From: Candidatus Hadarchaeota archaeon
Lineage (GTDB): Archaea; Hadarchaeota; Hadarchaeia; Hadarchaeales; JAWBSP01
Direction: 5' to 3'
Length of the DNA: 11,802 bases
Assembly (NCBI GenBank): GCA_964474885.1
Contig: CAYYWO010000001.1
Coordinates: forward strand, 166,822 to 178,623
Part shown: positions 5,754-11,802 of the stretch, piece by piece
Numbering within the stretch: the first letter of the stretch is position 1
Layout: each line of letters begins with the position of its first letter
Translations under genes and position numbers: made by a program
Notes under the pieces: generated by a model
The model's input: only the letters and a program-made list of their open reading frames with translations
Told to the model about the DNA's origin: nothing
Database searches by the model: none

Positions 5754-8084
5754 ATGCGCAGGTATCCAGAGGGCGTCCAGGAGGTTCCATTGTTGGGCGC
5801 GGACTGGAGGAGGCTGAAGAGGCTGAGCAGGGAGCTGGGTCTGAACCTGAGCCTGCAGGATATGAAGACCTGCCAGGCACATTTTTCTAGGCTGGGCAGG
5901 AACCCCACAGATGTCGAGATGCAGACCATAGCCCAGACCTGGTCGGAGCACTGCTTCCACCGAACGTTCAAAGGGGAAGTCCTTTATCGCGGGAAGGTCT
6001 TAAGGCTCTTCAGGGACTTCATCCAGCGAGTGACGGAGGAACTCTCTCCAAGCTGGTGCTTCTCGGTGTTCGAGGACAATGCAGGCTTGGTGGAATTGGA
6101 TGGAGATCACCTGTTAGCCGTCAAGGTAGAGACACACAACCATCCCTCTGCCATCGAGCCCTTCGGCGGTGCGGCTACGGGTGTGGGAGGGGTTATAAGG
6201 GACATCTTGGGTGTCTGGGCCAAACCCATCGCCTGCATGGATGTGCTGGGGTTCGGCCCGCTGGATTATGCCGGTCCCCTGCCCCCCGGCGTGAAACACC
6301 CCAAGTACACCTACAGGGAGGTGATAAGGGGGATAGGGCACTACGGGAACAACATGGGCATACCCACCGTGGCCGGGGCCATCTGGTTCGATGAGACCTA
6401 CGCGGGGAACCCGGTGGTTTATTGCGGATGCGTGGGTATCCTGCCCAAGGACGCGTACAGGCGGCAGGCCAGGCCGGGAGACTGGCTGGTTCTGGTCGGC
6501 GGGCGCACCGGCTTGGATGGGATCCATGGTGTCACCTTCGCCTCGGCGGAGCTCACGGAGGAGGCCGAGGAGTTCAGATCGGCGGTCCAGATCCCAGATC
6601 CGATTGAAGAGGAGAGGCTGAGGAGAGGCATCTTGGAGGTGAGGGATAGGGGCCTAGCGAGTGCGATAACAGATCTAGGCGGGGGAGGGCTTTCCTGCGC
6701 CTGCGGGGAGACGGCCAAGAGATACAACTGCGGGGCAATTGTCTGGCTGGAGAAGGTTCCTTTGAAATGCGAGGGCATGCTCCCCTGGCAGATCTGGGTG
6801 TCGGAGTCCCAGGAGCGCATGCTGCTCTGCGTACCCCCCGAGAGCCTAGAGGAGGTTCTTGATGTCTTCCAGTCGGAGGAAGTGGAGGCGACCCCTGTGG
6901 GGAGGCTGGAGCAAAGCAGGGAGCTGAGAGTGAGCTGGAAGGGACAGCTCGTGGCACAGCTGGATTTGGATTTCCTCTTCTCCCCGCCCCTCGTTAGGAG
7001 GAGGACTCGGGTTAGGAGGAAGTTCCCCGAGGAGCCCTATTTTCCACCCCCAGAAGACCTGAGGGAGCCCCTTCTGAAGCTCCTCTCCTCCCCTAACGTC
7101 TGCAGCCGGGAGAGCATCATCAGGACCTACGATCACGAGGTGCAGGGGTGCACCGTGCTGAAGCCCCTGCAGGGCAAGTGGGCGGGGCCCTCGGATGCCG
7201 CGGTTCTGAAGCCTCTGGAGAACTCTTGGACGGGAGTGGTGATATCCATAGGTTTCAACCCTAGATACGGGAAGATAGACCCGTACTGGATGGCGGCGGC
7301 GTGCGTGGAGGAGGCCATAAGGAACAACGTGGCGGTCGGGGGACGTAGGATTTCTCTGCTTGATAACTTTACATGGGGGAATCCCGAGAAGCCGGAGCAG
7401 CTCTGGGGCCTGCTGAGGGCGTGCCAGGCATGCTACGATTTTGCCAAGGGTTTCGGCACCCCCTTCATTTCCGGGAAGGACAGCCTGTACAACGAGTCTC
7501 CGACGGGTTCAGTCACTCCTACCCTGCTCATAACCGGCGTGGGCCTTGCGGACGTGAGGAAGCTTGTATCTCTCGACCTCAAGCGGGAGGGGGATCCTGT
7601 TTACCTCTTGGGGATGACCTACAAGGAACTCGGAGGCTCCGAGTACTATGCACTGAGGGGGGAGCTGGGGTCGTCGGTTCCCAAAGTGAGGCTGAAGGAA
7701 TCGCTCAGGGTGATCAGGATAGTGCAGGAGGCCATCGAAAGGGAAATGCTGGTTGCCTGTCATGATCTGTCGGAAGGAGGCCTAGGGGTGGCATGTGCTG
7801 AAATGGTGCTCTCCAGCGACCTAGGTATGGAGCTCGAACTCTCGGCTGTCCCCACGGATCTGCTGAAGAGGGAAGACTTCATCCTCTTCTCAGAGTCCAC
7901 CGGCAGGTTCCTGGTGGAGGTGAAGAAGCAGGCGGAGAAGGATTTTCTTAAGCTGGCTGGCGGGGAGGCTGCCAAAGTAGGGGAAGTTGTTCCCGAGCCC
8001 TTGCTCAGGATAGAGGATCTGGAGGGGGAAATACTGGAGCTGGAGGCGGAAGAGCTCAGGCGGGTCTGGAGGGGAAAAATTTGA
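5754..8084 (+). CDS. purL: FGAM synthase subunit PurL (small-type)
   Basis: 776 aa; WSEHC, DNAG, KVETHNHPSAIEPFGGAATGVGGVIRDI, DLGGGG, SESQERM, DNF-x-WGNP, ISGKDSLYNE and HDLSEGG motifs. Confidence 0.96.
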   Translation: MRRYPEGVQEVPLLGADWRRLKRLSRELGLNLSLQDMKTCQAHFSRLGRNPTDVEMQTIAQTWSEHCFHRTFKGEVLYRGKVLRLFRDFIQRVTEELSPSWCFSVFEDNAGLVELDGDHLLAVKVETHNHPSAIEPFGGAATGVGGVIRDILGVWAKPIACMDVLGFGPLDYAGPLPPGVKHPKYTYREVIRGIGHYGNNMGIPTVAGAIWFDETYAGNPVVYCGCVGILPKDAYRRQARPGDWLVLVGGRTGLDGIHGVTFASAELTEEAEEFRSAVQIPDPIEEERLRRGILEVRDRGLASAITDLGGGGLSCACGETAKRYNCGAIVWLEKVPLKCEGMLPWQIWVSESQERMLLCVPPESLEEVLDVFQSEEVEATPVGRLEQSRELRVSWKGQLVAQLDLDFLFSPPLVRRRTRVRRKFPEEPYFPPPEDLREPLLKLLSSPNVCSRESIIRTYDHEVQGCTVLKPLQGKWAGPSDAAVLKPLENSWTGVVISIGFNPRYGKIDPYWMAAACVEEAIRNNVAVGGRRISLLDNFTWGNPEKPEQLWGLLRACQACYDFAKGFGTPFISGKDSLYNESPTGSVTPTLLITGVGLADVRKLVSLDLKREGDPVYLLGMTYKELGGSEYYALRGELGSSVPKVRLKESLRVIRIVQEAIEREMLVACHDLSEGGLGVACAEMVLSSDLGMELELSAVPTDLLKREDFILFSESTGRFLVEVKKQAEKDFLKLAGGEAAKVGEVVPEPLLRIEDLEGEILELEAEELRRVWRGKI

Positions 8085-8815
8085 GGCAAGTCTGTGTGCT
8101 GAGGGCTGGAGGAACGAACTGCGATGCCGAAACCAAGCTCGCCCTCGAGGCCTCGGGCTTGCGCGCCTCTATCCAGCACGTGAACTGGGTGAGGGGAGAT
8201 TTCGATGCAGTTGTGATCCCAGGAGGCTTTTCTTATGGAGATCACGTCAGGGCAGGGGTGATAATGGCTAGGAAGGTGGAAAGCCTGCTGGACAGATGCT
8301 ATGAGAGGGGTCTACCCATCCTGGGTATCTGCAACGGCTTTCAGGTTTTGGTCGAGGCTGGCCTGCTCCCCGGGGGCGGCATGAGGGCAGCACTCGGAAC
8401 GAACGACTCGGCCAAGTTCGAGTGCAGGTGGGTCTGGCTGAGGGTGGAGGCCAGCAAGTGCATTTTTACTCAGTCGGCGAGTTCCCCCCTTTACATCCCT
8501 GTTGCCCACGCGGAAGGAAAATTTATCATTCAGGATCGGGCGGCTTTCCGCAGGTTACAGAAACAGGGGCAGGTGGTCCTGAAGTACGCGGATGAGCGAG
8601 GGAGACCTGCCCAAGGGAAATACCCGCTCAATCCGAATGGTTCCATGTTCGACGTGGCCGGCTTGTGCGACAAATCAGGTTTAGTTTTTGGGCTCATGCC
8701 CCACCCCGAGCGTGCCTACTGGGGCTGGCAGCTCCCAGACTGGACTTCCGCGCGGAGGGAATGGGGGGATGGAAAGCTCATCTTTGATAATCTCGCAAGC
8801 TATCTCACTCGCTGA
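8081..8815 (+). CDS. purQ: FGAM synthase glutaminase subunit PurQ
   Basis: GTNCD, PGGFSYGD, GICNGFQ (catalytic Cys), AHAEG, NPNGS and MPHPER motifs; TTG start overlapping the purL TGA. Confidence 0.95.
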   Translation: MRQVCVLRAGGTNCDAETKLALEASGLRASIQHVNWVRGDFDAVVIPGGFSYGDHVRAGVIMARKVESLLDRCYERGLPILGICNGFQVLVEAGLLPGGGMRAALGTNDSAKFECRWVWLRVEASKCIFTQSASSPLYIPVAHAEGKFIIQDRAAFRRLQKQGQVVLKYADERGRPAQGKYPLNPNGSMFDVAGLCDKSGLVFGLMPHPERAYWGWQLPDWTSARREWGDGKLIFDNLASYLTR

Positions 8816-8839
8816 TTTATCTAGTTAACTAAACAGACA

Positions 8840-9112
8840 CTAAACCCTCTGGTAAAGCACTTGTCGTTTCTTTCTGCCAACTTCCCTGATCCTGCCTTCC
8901 CTCTCCAGCCTGTTTAGGACTAAAGAGATGTAAGCCCTGCTTTTTCCAGTCATTTTGGCAAGCTGTCTCGTAGTCATGGGCTTAGAAAGGAGTTCCAAGA
9001 GTTCATCCTCAATTTCTCCTTTCTTTCCCTCCAGGGCGGAAACTTTTCTTTCTAGTCTTTCAATCCTCCGCTCGAGTTCGTTGATTCCCAACAGCCTCCT
9101 GAAGATACCCAT
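8840..9112 (-). CDS. Small winged-helix DNA-binding protein with an N-terminal amphipathic helix and coiled coil
   Basis: 90 aa: MGIFRRLLG, then heptad INELERRIERLERKVSALE, then wHTH (ELLELL..PMTTRQLAKMTGKSRAYISLVLNRLEREGRI...VLY). Fills the gap cleanly and has a TATA-like box upstream. Confidence 0.85.
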   Translation of the reverse strand: MGIFRRLLGINELERRIERLERKVSALEGKKGEIEDELLELLSKPMTTRQLAKMTGKSRAYISLVLNRLEREGRIREVGRKKRQVLYQRV

Positions 9113-9130
9113 CTGGGAATTTGGATCAGA

Positions 9131-9145
9131 CTTAAAGTTTTTATT
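9131..9145 (-). promoter_or_regulatory. Putative BRE/TATA of the wHTH gene
   Basis: Minus strand AATAAAAAC-TTTAAG, with TTTAAG 19-24 nt upstream of ATG 9112. Confidence 0.5.
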
Positions 9146-9216
9146 GTTAACTCCGTAAACACTCGAACTGTTTATTTGTTACAAACAGTTTGTAACCGTT
9201 ACCATGGTAACAGACA
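9146..9216. promoter_or_regulatory. Array of overlapping inverted repeats, a putative protein-binding/operator array
   Basis: GTTACAAAC-A-GTTTGTAAC (9178-9196, perfect 9-bp arms); GTTACCATGGTAAC (9198-9211, perfect 14-bp palindrome); AACTGTTT/AAACAGTT (9166-9173/9183-9190); TAAACA/TGTTTA (9156-9161/9169-9174); GTTAAC (9146-9151). Confidence 0.75.
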
Positions 9217-9239
9217 AAAGCCAGGTCGCGACTTTGGGG

Positions 9240-9635
9240 ATGCAGGAGCTATTGAAGGAATTCCTCGCTCCCTCAAATGTCATTGCAGTGGTGGGCGCCA
9301 CGCGGAACAAGGAAAAATACGGCTACAAGGTCTTCAGGTTTCTCAAAAATACAGGATGTAGAGTCTACCCGATCAATCCAAAGTACGAGGAGGTGGATGG
9401 GGAGAAGTGCTATCCCTCGATAAGCCACCTGCCCGAAAAACCAGATGTAGTTTGTTTAGTAGTCCGTCCGAGAGTGACCGAGCAGGTAGTCGTCGAGGCT
9501 TGGAAGCTTGGGGTGGATAAGATTTGGATGCAACCCGGGGCGGAAAGTGCGAAGGCGATAAAATTCTGTGTGGAAAAAGGGATGAAAGTTCTGCACGGTT
9601 TATGTATCATGATTGAGAGCTCTCGGGCGAGGTAG
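9240..9635 (+). CDS. CoA-binding protein (YccU/COG1832-like)
   Basis: IAVVGAT...KYG, VYPINP, GEKCYPS, PDVV, IWMQPG and G-x-CIM motifs. ATG 9240 is preferred because ATG 9204 lies inside the palindrome. Confidence 0.9.
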   Translation: MQELLKEFLAPSNVIAVVGATRNKEKYGYKVFRFLKNTGCRVYPINPKYEEVDGEKCYPSISHLPEKPDVVCLVVRPRVTEQVVVEAWKLGVDKIWMQPGAESAKAIKFCVEKGMKVLHGLCIMIESSRAR

Positions 9636-9665
9636 ATGGGAAAACGGTTCCGAACCTTTTCCTAT
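9636..9665. terminator. Hairpin between the convergent CoA-binding and purE genes
   Basis: ATGGGAAAA-c-GGTT-ccg-AACC-TTTTCCTAT fills almost all of the 32-nt gap between the two stop codons. Confidence 0.55.
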
Positions 9666-9667
9666 TC

Positions 9668-10057
9668 CTATCTTTTCCTTAGGATCTTGGTTGCTGCTAG
9701 CACCGCGTTCTCAGGGTCCAGAACCACCATAGGGGCGATGCCGCTGGGCATGCGCAGAGAGGAGAAGACATCCACCAAGGCGAACTCTCCGTGTAGGACG
9801 GGGCAGGCTATAACGGGATGCCTCGTGTTGGCGTCCACCATCCCCGAGAGAGCATTGGATCTGCCCGCTACGGTTATGTAAACCACGTCGGGCTCCTTCT
9901 CGTACCGCGTCAGAATTTCTAGTACCTTTTCTGGCTGCTTGTGCGCGGAGGCTACGTAAACGTGGTGCTCCAGGCCTAGCTCGTTCAGCTTCCGGAGCAT
10001 AGGCTGGATGAAGGGCCTATCCTTCTCAGAACCCATTATTATCACCACCTTGGCCAT
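9668..10057 (-). CDS. purE: AIR carboxylase, class II PurE
   Basis: IIMGS-x-x-D, SAHK, VAGRSNALSG, PVIACP and SSLRMPSG motifs. ATG 10057 chosen (GTG 10063 is the alternative). Confidence 0.94.
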   Translation of the reverse strand: MAKVVIIMGSEKDRPFIQPMLRKLNELGLEHHVYVASAHKQPEKVLEILTRYEKEPDVVYITVAGRSNALSGMVDANTRHPVIACPVLHGEFALVDVFSSLRMPSGIAPMVVLDPENAVLAATKILRKR

Positions 10058-10113
10058 CCTCACAAACGTGGCTGAAAATTAAGCCTAGATTAACACTTCG
10101 CAGGTGGATTGTG

Positions 10114-11676
10114 ATGATGTTGGATAGGGTTGTGGTGCTGGACTTTGGGGGGCAGTACTCCCACTTGATTGTGCGCAGGTGCAGGGAGCTTGGGGTGTAC
10201 TCAGAGCTCTTACCCTACGATTCCCCCGCTGAGAGGCTAGGCAGGGAGGTCCGGAGGAGAGAGGGAGAGGGGAAGATAAGGGGCATCATCCTGTCAGGCG
10301 GACCTTCGAGTGTCCTCGACTCTGGTGCCCCCAAGTGCGATCCCAAGATTTTGCAGCTGGGTGTTCCGATCTTAGGTATCTGCTACGGTGCGCAGCTGAT
10401 TGCCTATCTGCTCGGGGGCGAAGTGAGGAGGGGTGAGAAGTGGGAGTTCGGTGCGGCTGAGCTCGAGTTCGATCAGGGCGACCCGCTTTTTCAGGGGTTG
10501 GGGTCGGGACGAACTAGAGTTTGGATGTCCCACAAGGACCTCATAAGCAGACTACCCCAGGGGGAGGTCATTGGGAGGACGGAGAACACGCCCATCGCCG
10601 CCTTCAGGATCGGCGAGTGGATATACGGGCTGCAGTTCCACCCCGAGGTTAGGCACACCGAGACGGGCATGCAGATCCTGCGCAATTTCCTTTACAGGAT
10701 CTGCGGCTGCACGAGGAACTGGGTGCTGGATGAGGAGTTCGCGGAGCGGAAGGTGAGGGAGATAAGGGAGGAGGTGGGTGGAGGGTGCGTGGTCTGCGCC
10801 GTGAGTGGGGGCGTGGACTCTTTTACGACAGCGGTCCTCGTTCAGAGGGCGGTGGGTGACAGGCTCACGTGCATCTTCATCGATCATGGTCTTTTGAGGC
10901 AGGGTGAGAGGGAGGAAGTTCTGAAGGCCCTAGAGGAGTCCGGACTGAGATACATCTTCGTACCAGCCGAGAGGGAATTCCTGGGGGCCTTGAAGGGAGT
11001 CTCTGACCCGGAGGAAAAGAGGAAGATAATAGGGAGGCTTTTCATCGAGCTCTTCGAGCGGGAGGCCAAGAAAGTGGGTGCGGATTACCTAGCCCAGGGA
11101 ACGATATACCCAGACAGGATAGAGAGCGCTAGGGCAGGGGCGTCAGGGCAGGCCTCAAGGATAAAATCCCACCACAACGTGGGAGGACTCCCGGAGAGAC
11201 TGGGCCTTAAGCTCATCGAGCCCCTAAGAGACCTATACAAGGATGAGGTCAGGCAGCTGGCCAGAAAAATAGGGGTACCCGAGCGCATCCTGCGCAGACA
11301 TCCCTTCCCCGGTCCGGGGCTGGCGGTGCGCATCATAGGGGAGGTGACGGAGGAGAAATTGCGCATATGCAGGCAGGCCTCCGCCATCGTGGAGGAGGAG
11401 CTCAGGCGTGGAGGCTGGTACGATAAGGTCTGGCAGGCCTTTGCCGTGGTTGGGGATGACATGACCGTGGGGGTGCTGGGGGATGCGAGGAAGGAGGGCA
11501 GGATCGTGACAGTCAGAGTAGTCTCCTCGGAAGATGCCATGACGGCGGATTTTGTCAGGCTACCCTACGAGGTGCTGGATCGCATAAGCAGGCGCATAAC
11601 GAACGAGGTAGAAGGCGTGACTTGGGTCACCTATGCGATATCCTCGAAACCACCCTCCACCATCGAGCCCTGCTAA
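10114..11676 (+). CDS. guaA: GMP synthase (glutamine-hydrolysing), fused GATase + ATP-pyrophosphatase
   Basis: LDFGGQY, SGGP, GICYG, QFHPE, SGGVDS, QGTIYPD, IKSHHN, HPFPGPGL and KPPSTIE motifs. Start is among GTG 10111, ATG 10114 and ATG 10117; GGTGG at 10103-10107 favours 10114. Confidence 0.96.
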   Translation: MMLDRVVVLDFGGQYSHLIVRRCRELGVYSELLPYDSPAERLGREVRRREGEGKIRGIILSGGPSSVLDSGAPKCDPKILQLGVPILGICYGAQLIAYLLGGEVRRGEKWEFGAAELEFDQGDPLFQGLGSGRTRVWMSHKDLISRLPQGEVIGRTENTPIAAFRIGEWIYGLQFHPEVRHTETGMQILRNFLYRICGCTRNWVLDEEFAERKVREIREEVGGGCVVCAVSGGVDSFTTAVLVQRAVGDRLTCIFIDHGLLRQGEREEVLKALEESGLRYIFVPAEREFLGALKGVSDPEEKRKIIGRLFIELFEREAKKVGADYLAQGTIYPDRIESARAGASGQASRIKSHHNVGGLPERLGLKLIEPLRDLYKDEVRQLARKIGVPERILRRHPFPGPGLAVRIIGEVTEEKLRICRQASAIVEEELRRGGWYDKVWQAFAVVGDDMTVGVLGDARKEGRIVTVRVVSSEDAMTADFVRLPYEVLDRISRRITNEVEGVTWVTYAISSKPPSTIEPC

Positions 11677-11735
11677 TCCGCCTTGAAGTAGCACACCCTA
11701 AGCTCGGGATTATAAACTTTCGGCCCGGGAGCCTC

Positions 11736-11802
11736 TCAACCTCCTCTGGCCCCCACGTCATCCAGCCTCTGCCAGCCGTGCATGAGGGCGTTCGCCTTCA
11801 TC
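11736..11802 (-). CDS. Possible 3' end of a convergent gene entering from outside the window
   Basis: The longest minus frame open from the window edge reads ...MKANALMHGWQRLDDVGARGG-stop. Not recognised and too short to assess. Confidence 0.25.
   Translation of the reverse strand, partial: MKANALMHGWQRLDDVGARGG

Noticed and set aside
9146-9216. CRISPR repeat or mini-array
   Set aside because: No regularly spaced direct repeats with unique spacers and no cas genes.
9204-9239. Upstream ATG for the CoA-binding protein
   Set aside because: It sits at the centre of the palindrome; the family-like sequence begins after ATG 9240.
11782-11801. Hairpin ATGAGGGC-GTTC-GCCTTCAT resembling a fluoride riboswitch 5' end
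   Set aside because: It lacks the GGCGAUG start, is cut off by the window edge and may lie in coding sequence.

Overview
An archaeal-looking (inferred from AGG/ATA-rich codons, TATA-like boxes about 25 nt before start codons and an archaea-specific Nre gene), GC-rich nucleotide-metabolism neighbourhood. In order: nrdG-nrdD (class III anaerobic ribonucleotide reductase and its activase, minus strand), a divergent Nre-family DNA-repair gene, purM-purS, a 174-nt spacer, purL-purQ, a small winged-helix gene (minus), a CoA-binding protein, class II purE (minus) and a single-chain guaA. No rRNA, tRNA, CRISPR or transposase was recognised. Two things stand out. (1) NrdD has no ATP-cone and instead begins with a C4 zinc ribbon. 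(2) A 90-aa amphipathic-helix/coiled-coil/winged-helix protein lies next to a dense array of GTTAC/GTAAC palindromes, with a 17/18-identical copy of one site 9 kb away just after nrdG. This is a candidate undescribed DNA-site/membrane-associated protein system. All functional proposals are inference from sequence only.
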